A stretch of 47,701 bases of DNA from Chloroflexota bacterium (GCA_045804705.1 JBJMMQ010000193.1:1-47701), one strand, 5' to 3'; counted from the stretch's first letter, positions 17,638 to 28,009 are shown. A program made the numbers and translations. The notes: a model not told the origin generated them from the sequence alone.

Positions 17638-18609
17638 TCAGGTGGCGATCACGACGTGCTCTACCGCGCGCCTGAGCAGTTCGAGCCCGGACGGGTCGAA
17701 GTCGTAGGTCCACGGGCGGATGCGGTCCGGCCGCGAGAACCGGCCCTGGAGACCCGCCGCCAGCGCCTCGCGCGACAGCAGGATGAGCGTCGCGGACTGA
17801 TCGATGAGCTCCACGTCCTCGGGCTGCTCGATGAGGGCGGAGACGATCTCCACGCCGGTCGTGCCCGACAGTGTCAGCGTCTCACGCATGTTCTCGGAGC
17901 CCCGCGATGAAGCGCACACGAGCCCGACCGTCGAGCCCGCCGGCAGCGCCGCGATCTCGTGGACCAGCTCGACATAGCCGGGACCGACCAGCATCGCCAC
18001 GACGGGGACGCGGCCGGCCACCAGCGCCTGTGCCTCGTCGGCGTGGAACGTGGTCGTCGCGACCAGGTCGTAGTGGAAGCGTTCGAGCCGCTCGGGCAGG
18101 TCGTCGAGCAGGGCGCCCTCGACGTCGATCGTGCCGGCGAACTCGTCGGACAGGCGCTCCGCGTCGTATCCGGCGTCGGCGCTCGTGCACTCCGCGAAGA
18201 GGACGCGCACGTGCGGTCCGGGACGCTTCCGCTCGGTGGCTGCGGCGAACGTGGCCGCAGCCAGCTCGTCGGCGGTGAACCCTGCCTGCGCGGCTCGGCG
18301 CAGCATCTCGGCGACGATGCCCGCCAGTGCCTCCGCGCCGCGTCGCTGCGGGGGTCGTTCCGCGACGTGCGTTCCCGCGCCGTGGCGACTCGTGACGTAT
18401 CCCGAATCGGCCAAACGACGATAGACCGCCCTGATCGTATTGGGGTTCACTCGCAGAGCCGCACCAAGCTCGCGTACGGGCGGCAACCGAGAACCGGGTA
18501 ACAGTCGACCGGAATCGATCTGGTAGCTCAGCTGCCAGAAGATCTGGGTCGAGATCGGGACGTCCGAATCACGCTCGACATCGAGAGCGCCACCGGAAGT
18601 GCCGGTCAT
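17638..18609 (-). CDS. GntR-family transcriptional regulator with extended C-terminal alpha/beta domain
   Basis: DSDVPISTQI...GRLLPGSRLPPVRELGAALRVNPNTIRAVYRRLADSGYVTSRHGAGTHV, a YtrA-type wHTH, plus ~200 aa C-terminal region. Confidence 0.9.
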   Translation of the reverse strand: MTGTSGGALDVERDSDVPISTQIFWQLSYQIDSGRLLPGSRLPPVRELGAALRVNPNTIRAVYRRLADSGYVTSRHGAGTHVAERPPQRRGAEALAGIVAEMLRRAAQAGFTADELAAATFAAATERKRPGPHVRVLFAECTSADAGYDAERLSDEFAGTIDVEGALLDDLPERLERFHYDLVATTTFHADEAQALVAGRVPVVAMLVGPGYVELVHEIAALPAGSTVGLVCASSRGSENMRETLTLSGTTGVEIVSALIEQPEDVELIDQSATLILLSREALAAGLQGRFSRPDRIRPWTYDFDPSGLELLRRAVEHVVIAT

Positions 18610-18699
18610 GGAGCCGGGTCGAAGCTATTTGACATAGTGTGCTAGTCCAAACTCGGTTCGACTTGGCATAGGAACCATAGCAAGCAGGACGGACCCTCA

Positions 18700-18840
18700 A
18701 TGGACGCTTTCATCATGCTGGTCGCCGTGATCGCGGCCCTCGCGCTGTTCGCGGGCTTTGCAGCCCGGTTCGGCGTCGACAGCCGCGTCGATTCGACCGA
18801 TCCCCGCAGCCCGGCGTATCCGGTCGGCATCACCAGCTAG
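18700..18840 (+). CDS. Unannotated 46-aa single-TM peptide with FGVDSR motif
   Basis: Manual translation MDAFIMLVAVIAALALFAGFAARFGVDSRVDSTDPRSPAYPVGITS*. GC3-rich codons, AGGA upstream, divergent from GntR. Below the ORF-track length cutoff. Confidence 0.7.
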   Translation: MDAFIMLVAVIAALALFAGFAARFGVDSRVDSTDPRSPAYPVGITS

Positions 18841-21001
18841 CGGCTCTCTCATCCGCCGCGAGATCGGTTGACGTGGTGACGACGTGGCTGATGGTCACGG
18901 TTCGCCTCGATCCGGGCATGAGCGACACGGGCCACGACACGAGGATCCCCGCTCCCTGGTAGACACGCTCGAACCCACCCTCGGAGTTCGAGATGGTCTC
19001 GACGGGCGCCCACCACAGCGCAGCGGTTTCCGACAGGGTGGTTTCGATGGAGACGCCGACGTCGTCGTTCCCCTGGGCGAACGAGATGACGTCCGAACGC
19101 GCGCCGCTGCCGTCATGGCGATCCCGGATGCCGTCGGATTCGAACCAGGCCGATGGATTGCCGCCGCCGCCGAGCAGCATGATCGTCCACTCGACTCCGA
19201 GGAGTCCCTCGACCGTCCGGTCGCCCGCGTTGGTGACCTCAACGGCCAATGAGAGCGTCGGCGTCCGACGGTCACCGCCGATGGCGATGACCTTCCTGAC
19301 GTGGACAGGCGTTTCATCGACCGTCGCGTCGCGCTCCACGACGACCCGACCGGGCTCGAGTGCCGTCACCTCGAAGGCCCCATCGACGGCATCGCCGAGC
19401 TCGGTTGCGTCGCCGTCGGCCCAATCGGCAGCGGTCGTCCCTGGCGCCAGGAACCGGACGAGCCCCGCGCGCCGTTCGTACGGGTCGTAGTGGAGGCGGT
19501 CGGCCAGACCCGTCTCCTTGGTCAGGACGACGTCATGGATCGAGGCCGGTGGGGTCGTCCCGCTCTCGTCGGCGGCATCGCCCGCCGCGCGACGGGCCAG
19601 TGACGCCTCATGGTCGCGAAGCGTCTGGTGGTAGGCCTCGGGTCGCCGGCGCATGACCGCCGTCAGCGCGTGTCGGACCGGCCGGATGTCCCAGCCGCCG
19701 ATTCCGGCGCCCTCGGTCAGCTCGATCGTCACGACCTGACCGGCGCCGGCGAGCCGCACGTCGTCCTGCCCGTCGAGATCGAGGTCCGCGAGCGTCGCCG
19801 CCTCCAGCCGGCCTGCGGCGGCATCGGCGAGGTCCTCGGCCGCGATCAGATGGGCATACGTCGCGAGCCGCATGTGTCCGATGTAGACACCACCGAAGAC
19901 GCCATGCCAGTAGCAGTCGTTCGACTGGCCGCGATAGAGGTGGTCGATCGCCCGCGATCGTTCCGGGCCATCGGCCATCCCGTCGACGGCGTCCGAGGTC
20001 CGGAGCATCTGCTTGTGGAGGTCGTTGATCTCCCGGTACTTGACCTGGAAGTTGCGCCAGGAGGCCCCCCGCAGCCAGCGCGCTTCGGGTCGGCCGGCCG
20101 CCTTGTCCGCGGCGAGCGTGGCATGGAAGAGCAGGCTCTCGTCGGCGGGCAGCGCCCACTCGCCCATCTCCTCGTACGACGCCGTGGGGATGTAGACCCG
20201 GCCGATCGGGCGGTGATCGGCGAGCCACGTGGATGGTGTCGTCGTCGTCAGCCACGCCGCGTTCGCCGTGAGAGCATCGAAGAACCGGTCGACCCAGCGG
20301 CCCGTTCCCCAGCAGTGATCCCAGGTCGACGGCCACGAACCGAACTTCTCGCCATCGTCGCCCATCGTCCCGATCCGCTCGCCGTCCTCGGTCGCGTGGT
20401 CGCGCAGGTAGTCGATGACCTCGTCGACCTCGCGGAACGGGACGCGGTACCGAAGGCCCTGCTCGGTCGCGAAGACCCGCAGGAGCTGCCCCTGGTCGTC
20501 GGTGGAATAGGGGCCCCAGTGCATCGCCTCCGGGATGGACGCCGCACGGAGATGGGCGTCGTCCACGATCGTCCAGTCGTAGCCGCCGAGGACCAGCGAC
20601 GTCGGTAGATCCGGCTCCCACACACGCTCGGCCAACCATGCGCCTTGAGGTCGCCGTCCGAACATCGCCTCGAGCTCCGACCCCATCCGCAGGAGCTGCC
20701 CGACCCTGTCGCGCTCGGGCAGCGACGCGAGGACCGGCTCGTAGTAGCCGCCGCCGAGGATCTCCACCTGCCCGCGCCCGACAAGCGCCGCGACCCGACC
20801 GATGAACTCCGGCTGCTCGGTGCGCAGCCACTCGAGCAGCGGTCCCGTGTAGTGGAGCGAGATGTGGACCGTCGGGTGCCGCTCGAGTGCCGCGACCATC
20901 GGCTCGTATGCTGCCTCATAGACCTCGGACAGCACCCATCCGAAGTTGCCGACGGGCTGGTGGTTATGGAATGCCAGCGCGAGCGAGATGCGCCCGGTCA
21001 T
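18830..21001 (-). CDS. GH57 4-alpha-glucanotransferase/alpha-amylase (AmyA-type, DUF1925/DUF1926 C-terminus)
   Basis: HNHQPVGN, GGYYEP, WLAERVWEP (nucleophile E), GDDGEKFG (acid/base D), QSNDCYWHGVFGG, SEGGFERVYQG. Confidence 0.92.
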   Translation of the reverse strand: MTGRISLALAFHNHQPVGNFGWVLSEVYEAAYEPMVAALERHPTVHISLHYTGPLLEWLRTEQPEFIGRVAALVGRGQVEILGGGYYEPVLASLPERDRVGQLLRMGSELEAMFGRRPQGAWLAERVWEPDLPTSLVLGGYDWTIVDDAHLRAASIPEAMHWGPYSTDDQGQLLRVFATEQGLRYRVPFREVDEVIDYLRDHATEDGERIGTMGDDGEKFGSWPSTWDHCWGTGRWVDRFFDALTANAAWLTTTTPSTWLADHRPIGRVYIPTASYEEMGEWALPADESLLFHATLAADKAAGRPEARWLRGASWRNFQVKYREINDLHKQMLRTSDAVDGMADGPERSRAIDHLYRGQSNDCYWHGVFGGVYIGHMRLATYAHLIAAEDLADAAAGRLEAATLADLDLDGQDDVRLAGAGQVVTIELTEGAGIGGWDIRPVRHALTAVMRRRPEAYHQTLRDHEASLARRAAGDAADESGTTPPASIHDVVLTKETGLADRLHYDPYERRAGLVRFLAPGTTAADWADGDATELGDAVDGAFEVTALEPGRVVVERDATVDETPVHVRKVIAIGGDRRTPTLSLAVEVTNAGDRTVEGLLGVEWTIMLLGGGGNPSAWFESDGIRDRHDGSGARSDVISFAQGNDDVGVSIETTLSETAALWWAPVETISNSEGGFERVYQGAGILVSWPVSLMPGSRRTVTISHVVTTSTDLAADERAASW

Positions 21002-21012
21002 GCCGTCGTCCG

Positions 21013-23211
21013 TCAGCCGGGTTCCGTCACGAGTGATGGCGGCGCCTCGGAACCGGTGGCCGGAACGGAGGTTCGAGTCGAGGTCGGAGCCGATGGCAGG
21101 TACAGCATCTCGGTGTACTCGTGGAGCATCCGCGTGGTCGAGAATCGCCAGAGCGCGCTCGACATCGCCCGACGCATGACGGCCAGCCAGCGCTGTGGCG
21201 GAGTACCGGATTCGCGCTCGTAGTAGGCCGGGATGATCTCCTCCTCGAGGATCCGGTACAGGTCCTGGGCGTCGCGCCAGTCCTGGGCTGCCTCATCGGG
21301 ATCAGTCTCGCGGCCGCCGATCGCCCAGCCGTTGTCCTCGTCGAAGCCCTCGTCCCACCAGCCGTCGAGGACGCTGACGTTCGGGACCCCGTTCTGGGCG
21401 GCCTTCATGCCGGACGTCCCGGACGCCTCGAGCGGGCGGCGCGGGTTGTTCAGCCAGACGTCGACGCCCTGGACGAGGAAGCGGGCGACGCGCATGTCGT
21501 AGTTCTCGAGGATGTACACCCGGCCACGGAGTTGCGGCGAGCGCGAGCGCTGGAAGATCTCCTGGATGACCCGCTGACCGGGCCTGTCGGCCGGGTGCGC
21601 CTTGCCGGCGAAGACGACCTGGATGGGCCGCTCCGGATCCCACAGCATCCGCGCGAGCCGATCGATGTCGCTGAACAGGAGCCCCGCCCGCTTGTAGGTC
21701 GCGAACCGCCTGGCGAAGCCGACCGTCAGGACGTCCGGATCGAGCGCCATCTCGAGCTCGGCGAGGACCGTCGGCGATTCGCCGTGCCGAGCGAACTGGC
21801 TGCGCAACCGTCCCCGAGCGAAATGCGCGAGCTCGCGCTTCTGTCGGAGGTGGGCGTCCCATAGGTCCTGCGCCGGGATACGGTCGACCCGCTCCCAGAA
21901 CCGGCCGCCTCGCCGGTTGGCGTCGAGGTCGTCGAGGTCGGCGCCGAGTCTCTCGAGCGGCTCGGCGATCGGGTGGCCGATCCAGGTGGGGCCATGGATG
22001 CCGTTGGTGATGCCGAGGATCGGCCGTTCGACGACAGCGTGCCATGTGTCATTGGCCGTCTGCGCGTGCAGCTGGCTGACCGCGTTCGCGCCGCGCGTCA
22101 GACGGAGCGAGAACGCGGTCATGTCGAATTGGTTCGTGTCCCCGTCGACACCCAGCCCAAGCTGAAGGACGTCCGTCACCGGGACGCCGCCGGCGTCGAG
22201 GAGCGGGCCGGCCAGGCGCCGGACGAGATCGGTGTCGAAGCGCTCGTTGCCCGCGGACACCGGCGTGTGGATGGTGAACACGCTGTCGCGGCGCACGTCG
22301 GCCCACGCCTGCGCGAGCGAGCGGCCACTCGCCACATGCTCACGGGCGCGTTCGGCAAGGAGGAATGCTGAGTGGCCCTCGTTCAGGTGCCAGACCGAAG
22401 GCTCGAGCCCGAGCGCCCGGATGGCACGGACACCACCGATGCCCAGCACGAGCTCCTGATGGAGCCGCATCTCGCGGCCGCGGACGTACAGGATGTTCGT
22501 GATCGGCCGATCCGCGGCGGCGTTCTCGGCGATGTCCGTATCGAGCAGGAGGACGGGCACACGCCCGACCTGGGCCACCCACACCGCCGCGAACAGGTCG
22601 CGGCCCGGCAGCTGGACGGTGACCGTCAGTGGCAGCCCGGTCTGATCCTGGACCCGTCCGAGCGGCAGGCGCGACAGGTCGTAATCGGGGTAGTCGTGCT
22701 CCTGGTGGCCGTCGGCGTCGATCGTCTGCCGGAAATAGCCCTTGCGGTACAGCAGCCCGACGCCGATCGCGGGCAGGGCCATGTCGCTGGCCGACTTCAT
22801 GTGATCGCCGGCGAGGACGCCGAGACCTCCGGAGTAGATCCCGAGCGACTCGTGGAACCCGTATTCGGCACAGAAGTAGGCGATCGGACCGTTCAGCCTG
22901 CCTGCGTACTTGCGCTGGAACCAGTGATCGGAGCCGTTCGCCATGTAGGCGTCGAACTCCGCGAGGACATCGTGGTATTCGGCCAGGAACTTCACGTCGT
23001 CGAGCAGGCTCGGCCATTCGACCGCGCCACTGATGACGGGGATGGGGCTCCTGTAGCGGGCCCAGCCGGTCGAATCGATCCGATCGAACAGGCCGCGCGT
23101 GCGCGGATGCCACGCCCAATGGAGGTTGTAGGCGAGGCGCCGCAATCCTTCGAGCCGCGGCGGCAACATGAAGCTCGCCGCCGGGATCGACGGGACGCGG
23201 ACTGGATCCAT
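21013..23211 (-). CDS. glgP: Alpha-glucan (glycogen) phosphorylase
   Basis: YSGGLGVLAGD, HLNEGH, FARRFATYKR, GKAHPAD, EASGTSGMK (PLP Lys). Confidence 0.96.
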   Translation of the reverse strand: MDPVRVPSIPAASFMLPPRLEGLRRLAYNLHWAWHPRTRGLFDRIDSTGWARYRSPIPVISGAVEWPSLLDDVKFLAEYHDVLAEFDAYMANGSDHWFQRKYAGRLNGPIAYFCAEYGFHESLGIYSGGLGVLAGDHMKSASDMALPAIGVGLLYRKGYFRQTIDADGHQEHDYPDYDLSRLPLGRVQDQTGLPLTVTVQLPGRDLFAAVWVAQVGRVPVLLLDTDIAENAAADRPITNILYVRGREMRLHQELVLGIGGVRAIRALGLEPSVWHLNEGHSAFLLAERAREHVASGRSLAQAWADVRRDSVFTIHTPVSAGNERFDTDLVRRLAGPLLDAGGVPVTDVLQLGLGVDGDTNQFDMTAFSLRLTRGANAVSQLHAQTANDTWHAVVERPILGITNGIHGPTWIGHPIAEPLERLGADLDDLDANRRGGRFWERVDRIPAQDLWDAHLRQKRELAHFARGRLRSQFARHGESPTVLAELEMALDPDVLTVGFARRFATYKRAGLLFSDIDRLARMLWDPERPIQVVFAGKAHPADRPGQRVIQEIFQRSRSPQLRGRVYILENYDMRVARFLVQGVDVWLNNPRRPLEASGTSGMKAAQNGVPNVSVLDGWWDEGFDEDNGWAIGGRETDPDEAAQDWRDAQDLYRILEEEIIPAYYERESGTPPQRWLAVMRRAMSSALWRFSTTRMLHEYTEMLYLPSAPTSTRTSVPATGSEAPPSLVTEPG

Positions 23212-23300
23212 CGCGCGGCATCATACCCGCTCGTCCGTCGCCGGCGACTGCCGGCTGACCGGACGACGTGGTGGCCGGGGCGGCGCGTACGATGCGGTCG

Positions 23301-24803
23301 ATGCCGTTGCGTGTGGCGATGATCGCGTCCGAGTGCGAACCGTGGGCGAAGACCGGCGGTCTCGCAGACGTCGTCGACGCACTCGCGCGGGCGCTCGCGG
23401 TCGTCGACGGCGCGCCGATCGAGCGGCCTGTCGACGTCTTCCTGCCGCGCTACCGGGGGGTCCCGGATCCGGACCCCAGCCGCGTCGAGCGGACGTCCGT
23501 CCTCCGCGTGCCCGACCCGATGTCGCCGTCCGGGAACAGCTCCGTGACCGTCATCGACGTCGCCGCCGATGGGTACCGGCTCCGACTCGTGGACCATCCG
23601 TCAGCGTTCGACCGCGAGGGCTACTACGGCGACGCCGCCGGTGATTACCCGGACAACGCATGGCGGTTCGGGTTGCTCTGCCGGACGGCGTTCGAGGCGC
23701 TTCGTGCGGACGGACGGCCGCTCGACGTCGTCCACCTGCACGACTGGCACACGGGACCTGCGGCGATATTTCGCGAGGACCGATACGCGGACGATCCGAT
23801 CATCGGCCGCGCGGCGATGCTCATCACTCTGCACAACCTCGCGTATCACGGCTGGACGCCACTCAGCGCGCTCGGTCAGCTCGGCCTGAGACCGGGCGCC
23901 GGCATCGTGGGGGCGAACGCCGACGGGATCGACCTCCTGCTCGCCGGCATCGAGGGCGCGGAACTCGTGAACACGGTCTCGCCCGGGTTCGCGGCGGAGG
24001 CGCTGACCCCCGAGTTCGGGATGGGACTCGACGCCGCGCTGCGCGCGAAAGGCGACCGGTTCACCGGCATCCTCAACGGGCTCGACACCGGGGTCTGGGA
24101 CCCCGCGACCGACCCGGACCTCGCGGCCCCGTATTCGGCCAGCGATCGGTCGGGCAAGGCAGCGTGCCGGGACGATCTGTTGACGACGCTCGGCTTCGAT
24201 CCGCGCGACGACGGCGCTGTGATCGGGATGATCGGACGGCTCGACCCGCAGAAGGGGTTCGACCTGCTCGCGGACGCGTCGCCGACGCTCCTGGCCCGCG
24301 GCGTACGACTGGTCGTCCAGGGCAGCGGGCCCGCGTCGCTCGCAGATCCGTTCCGCGAGATCGCACGGGCTCACCCCGCACAGGTCGCGTTCATCGAGCG
24401 TTTCGATCGCGTCATGGCCCGGAAGATCTATGCCGGCGCCGACTTCTTCGCGATGCCCTCGCGATTCGAACCGTGCGGGCAGGGCCAGATGATCGCGCTG
24501 CGCTACGGAACGCCGCCGATCGTCCATCGGGTCGGCGGGCTGGCCGACACCGTCGTCGACGAGACGAGCCACCGGGGTGCCGGTACCGGGTTCGCCTTCG
24601 AAGACGAGACCGTGGCCGGGCTGATCGCCGCGTGCGAGGCGGCGGTCTCGCTGCGAACGGCGGGCGGGACCGCGTGGCAGTCCCTGCTCGATCGTGGGAT
24701 GGCGGTCGATTTCGACTGGGTCACGGGGTCGGCGCCGAGATACGTCGAGGCGTACAGACGCGCCGTCGACCTGCGCGCACGCCGCCTCGCGCTTTCCGGT
24801 TAG
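23301..24803 (+). CDS. glgA: Glycogen synthase (GT5)
   Basis: SECEPWAKTGGLADV, HLHDWH, TLHNLAYHG, GILNGLD, RLDPQKG, MPSRFEPCG, GGLADTV. Start at ATG 23301 (or 23292). Confidence 0.95.
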   Translation: MPLRVAMIASECEPWAKTGGLADVVDALARALAVVDGAPIERPVDVFLPRYRGVPDPDPSRVERTSVLRVPDPMSPSGNSSVTVIDVAADGYRLRLVDHPSAFDREGYYGDAAGDYPDNAWRFGLLCRTAFEALRADGRPLDVVHLHDWHTGPAAIFREDRYADDPIIGRAAMLITLHNLAYHGWTPLSALGQLGLRPGAGIVGANADGIDLLLAGIEGAELVNTVSPGFAAEALTPEFGMGLDAALRAKGDRFTGILNGLDTGVWDPATDPDLAAPYSASDRSGKAACRDDLLTTLGFDPRDDGAVIGMIGRLDPQKGFDLLADASPTLLARGVRLVVQGSGPASLADPFREIARAHPAQVAFIERFDRVMARKIYAGADFFAMPSRFEPCGQGQMIALRYGTPPIVHRVGGLADTVVDETSHRGAGTGFAFEDETVAGLIAACEAAVSLRTAGGTAWQSLLDRGMAVDFDWVTGSAPRYVEAYRRAVDLRARRLALSG

Positions 24804-25657
24804 TCGAGGACCCCAAGCAACGCCGCAGTCAGCTCCGCCGGATGCGTGCGTTGGGGTGAATGCGGGGCACCCGCGAGCGTGACGATGTGGTCCGCACCGA
24901 TCCGTGCCTCGAACCCGGGGAGTGCCGCGTCGGGCACGAGCCCTCCACGGCCGGGGTCACCGCGGATGAGCCAGATCGGGATGCCCGCGGCGGCGGGATC
25001 GCCGATATCGGCAAGACCGCCATCCCAGTCGCCGTTCTCGAGCACGACCGATCGAGCCGCCTCGACCTCCAGTTGGGTCAACGCCTCTGCCTTCGCGCGA
25101 ACGTCCTCGGCCGGCCAATGCGGGTTCAACCGCCCGAGCTCTCGGACGGCACTGTCGAGGTCGGGATAGGACACCTCGGACGGGTCCGATGCCATCTGCG
25201 CGATGAACGCGTAGGGGATCGCCGGCGGATCGAGCAGGACGAGCGCCGCCGGCCGGATCCCGGCGACTGGGAGCGCCGCGCTGGTCATCGCGCCCCAGCT
25301 GTGACCGACGATCTGGAGGCTCGGGACATCGAGGCCCGTCGCCCGGATCCAGGCGGCGACATCCGCCGCGTTGTCGCGGAACCGGTGGTGGCCTGCCCAA
25401 TGTCGCGTGTATCCGTGTCCCGGCATGTCGGGAGCGACGACGCGGCGCCCCGACGCGGCCAGCGCCGGGCCGACACGCCACCAGATCCGCGCGGACGCAG
25501 TGATGCCATGGATCAGGACGAGCGGCCGGTCGGCTGCATCTCCCCAGGCCAGCGAGGAGAACGGGATCCCCGCCGCGACGGTCACCGACCGTTCGCCCGC
25601 ATCGACGGTATCGGGCGGGGCGTCGAGGACCGCGTCGACAGCAGACGGCAGCGACAT
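24800..25657 (-). CDS. Alpha/beta-fold hydrolase
   Basis: LVLIHG, APDMPGHG, nucleophile elbow GHSWG, C-terminal GAPH. Start reassigned to ATG 25657. Confidence 0.88.
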   Translation of the reverse strand: MSLPSAVDAVLDAPPDTVDAGERSVTVAAGIPFSSLAWGDAADRPLVLIHGITASARIWWRVGPALAASGRRVVAPDMPGHGYTRHWAGHHRFRDNAADVAAWIRATGLDVPSLQIVGHSWGAMTSAALPVAGIRPAALVLLDPPAIPYAFIAQMASDPSEVSYPDLDSAVRELGRLNPHWPAEDVRAKAEALTQLEVEAARSVVLENGDWDGGLADIGDPAAAGIPIWLIRGDPGRGGLVPDAALPGFEARIGADHIVTLAGAPHSPQRTHPAELTAALLGVLD

Positions 25658-25738
25658 GCGGGGACGGTACCAGTCGTCCGCGGATAGGATTGTCGGCACG
25701 CGACGCCGGCGACCGGCGGCGCCGCACGCGGAGGCAGC

Positions 25739-26131
25739 ATGGCCAAGCAGTTCGTCGTCCAGCTGAAGAACGAACCCGGTGCGATGGCGTCGCTGGCCGA
25801 GGCCCTCGCGGAGCGCGGCGTCGACCTCCGGGCGATCGGCGGCGGGAGCATGGGCGAGAGCGGCCACGTGATCATGACCACCGCGGACGACGAGACGGCA
25901 GCAGCGGTCCTCGACGAGCGGGGCTATACGTACATCGAGGGCGAGGCGATCCTCGCCGAGGTCGACGACCAGCCGGGTGGGATGGCCCGGCTCGCTCGCG
26001 AGCTCGCGGATGCGGGCGTCAATATCTACGGCCATCTGTTCCTCGGCCGATGGGGCGATTCGGCGACCTTCACCTTCGTCGTCGACGATCCCGAGAAGGC
26101 GCGCCCGATCCTCGAACGCAAGGGCGCCTGA
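25739..26131 (+). CDS. Tandem ACT-domain protein
   Basis: QFVVQLKNEPGAMASLAEALAERGVDL and EVDDQPGGMARLARELADAGVNI. SD GGAGG. Confidence 0.88.
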   Translation: MAKQFVVQLKNEPGAMASLAEALAERGVDLRAIGGGSMGESGHVIMTTADDETAAAVLDERGYTYIEGEAILAEVDDQPGGMARLARELADAGVNIYGHLFLGRWGDSATFTFVVDDPEKARPILERKGA

Positions 26132-26295
26132 CCCGCCGATCCGCGATATCGGGTATGCTCCCGACCGTCGTGCTCGAAGGGCGCTCCGGTCAGCGCCCCG
26201 GCCCTCAACCGTTTCGACCCCGATCCACGTCACACTCAGCGCCCTGACCGGGCCCCGCCAGAAGGCGGGAGGGCCTCGTCAGGAGCAGCTTCTCC

Positions 26296-27912
26296 ATGTC
26301 ATTCGATCAACTCGGGCTGTCGCCCGAGCTCCTTCGCGCCGTCGCCCACGAGGGCTACACGGAACCAACGCCTGTCCAGGCACAGGCCATCCCGCTCGTC
26401 CTTGCCGGACGCGACGTCCTCGCGGGGGCCCAGACGGGCACCGGCAAGACCGCGGCGTTCGTCCTTCCGCTGATCCAGCGGCTCCACGGCTCCCGTCCCC
26501 AGACCGGGCCGCGTGCCATCCGGGCGCTCATCCTCACGCCCACCCGCGAGCTCGCGCTCCAGGTCGAGGAGAGCGTGCGCACGTACGGCGCCCAGAACCC
26601 GATCCGGTCGACGACCATCTATGGCGGCGTCGGCTTCGATCCACAGGTCCGCGCACTGCGCTCGGGCCCCGAGATCGTCGTCGCCACCCCCGGCCGACTG
26701 CTCGACCACCTCGGCCAGCGAACGATCGACCTGTCGCGGGTCGAGATCCTCGTCCTCGACGAGGCCGACCGGATGCTCGATATGGGCTTCATCCGCGACA
26801 TCCGCAAGATCCTCGCGATCCTGCCGGCACGACGCCAGAACCTGCTCTTCTCGGCGACGTTCTCAGACGAGATCCGTCGCCTCGCGAACGACCTGCTCAC
26901 GGACGCGGCCCACGTCCAGGTCACGCCTCGCAATACCCCGACCGAGCTCGTGACCCAGGTCGTCCACATGGTCGACCGGGAGCGGAAGCGTGAGCTGCTG
27001 AGCCATCTCATCCGGACCGGGCGGATCGACCAGGCACTGGTCTTCACCAGGACCAAGCACGGTGCCAACCGGCTCGCCCAGCAGCTCGAGAAGGACGGCA
27101 TCGCCGCCACTGCGATCCACGGCAACAAGAGCCAGCCGCAGCGTGTCCGTGCGCTGGCCGACTTCAAGGCCGGCAGGTTCGCGATCCTCGTCGCGACCGA
27201 GGTCGCTGCTCGTGGGCTCGACATCGAGGCTCTGCCCCACGTCGTGAACTTCGAGCTCCCGATGGTGCCCGAGGACTACGTGCATCGCATCGGCCGGACG
27301 GGCCGTGCCGGCGTCGATGGCGACGCGGTCTCCCTGGTGTGTGTCGACGAGCTGAAGCTCCTCAACGACATCGAGCGTGTCCTCGGGCGAGGGATCCCGC
27401 GCGAGACGATCGCCGGCTTCGAGCCCGATCCGCGGATCCGACCGGAGCCGATCCTTCGCGGCGGCCTCGGCGGGGTCCGTCCGTCGCGATCGATGAGCGG
27501 CGTCGGAGCGCCTCGTCACGGCGGCGCGCCCCGATCCGGACAAGGGCGACCCGGCGGGCAGCCGCGGCCGGCGGGTCATCCGCGTCCCGTGGGCGCGCCA
27601 CGTACTGCTTACGCGGACACCGGCCCTTCTGCTCGGACGTCGGGAACGGCCCGCCCGGCCGGCGGCCCGAACGCGACCGCGAACGCGCCACGACCGGGTG
27701 GTTCACGTCCCGGCAACCGCGGCGCGGGCTTCGCCGGTCCACGTCGGCCGGGCCAGGGGATCGGCAACAGGCAAGGCCAGGGCCCGCGGCCGGTCGGGCA
27801 GAACGGACAGCCGGGCCAGCGACCGCAGGGCGGCCATCATCGGTCGGCCGGTCAGGGCACCGTCATGCCGGGTGAGCGCATCTCACGTCATGGCGGCCGC
27901 GCACAGGGCTGA
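26296..27912 (+). CDS. rhlE: DEAD-box RNA helicase (RhlE-like) with Gly/Arg/Pro-rich C-terminal tail
   Basis: Q motif [50 protein letters not shown]; GFEPDP..RPEPI is typical of RhlE. Confidence 0.9.
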   Translation: MSFDQLGLSPELLRAVAHEGYTEPTPVQAQAIPLVLAGRDVLAGAQTGTGKTAAFVLPLIQRLHGSRPQTGPRAIRALILTPTRELALQVEESVRTYGAQNPIRSTTIYGGVGFDPQVRALRSGPEIVVATPGRLLDHLGQRTIDLSRVEILVLDEADRMLDMGFIRDIRKILAILPARRQNLLFSATFSDEIRRLANDLLTDAAHVQVTPRNTPTELVTQVVHMVDRERKRELLSHLIRTGRIDQALVFTRTKHGANRLAQQLEKDGIAATAIHGNKSQPQRVRALADFKAGRFAILVATEVAARGLDIEALPHVVNFELPMVPEDYVHRIGRTGRAGVDGDAVSLVCVDELKLLNDIERVLGRGIPRETIAGFEPDPRIRPEPILRGGLGGVRPSRSMSGVGAPRHGGAPRSGQGRPGGQPRPAGHPRPVGAPRTAYADTGPSARTSGTARPAGGPNATANAPRPGGSRPGNRGAGFAGPRRPGQGIGNRQGQGPRPVGQNGQPGQRPQGGHHRSAGQGTVMPGERISRHGGRAQG

Positions 27913-27918
27913 ATCAAC

Positions 27919-27946
27919 GGCCCTCGGGGCTCGCGTCCCGAGGGCC
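27919..27946. terminator. Hairpin between convergent genes (probable terminator)
   Basis: GGCCCTCGGG-N8-CCCGAGGGCC, a perfect 10-bp stem a few nt after the helicase stop. No strong U-tract. Confidence 0.5.
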
Positions 27947-28009
27947 ATCGATCGCGTCTGATCTTCCGAGCCGGAACGGCCGACCGCGCCGGCGAACAGT
28001 CAGTGCTCC

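Noticed and set aside
18642-18833. 63-aa minus-strand ORF between GH57 and GntR
   Set aside because: The opposite-strand 46-aa ORF has the better codon pattern and a TM helix, and this ORF would run through the promoter region.
25657-26233. N-terminal extension of the alpha/beta hydrolase in the ORF track
   Set aside because: It overlaps the ACT gene antisense. The ATG at 25657 has a -10-like hexamer upstream and gives a normal hydrolase length.
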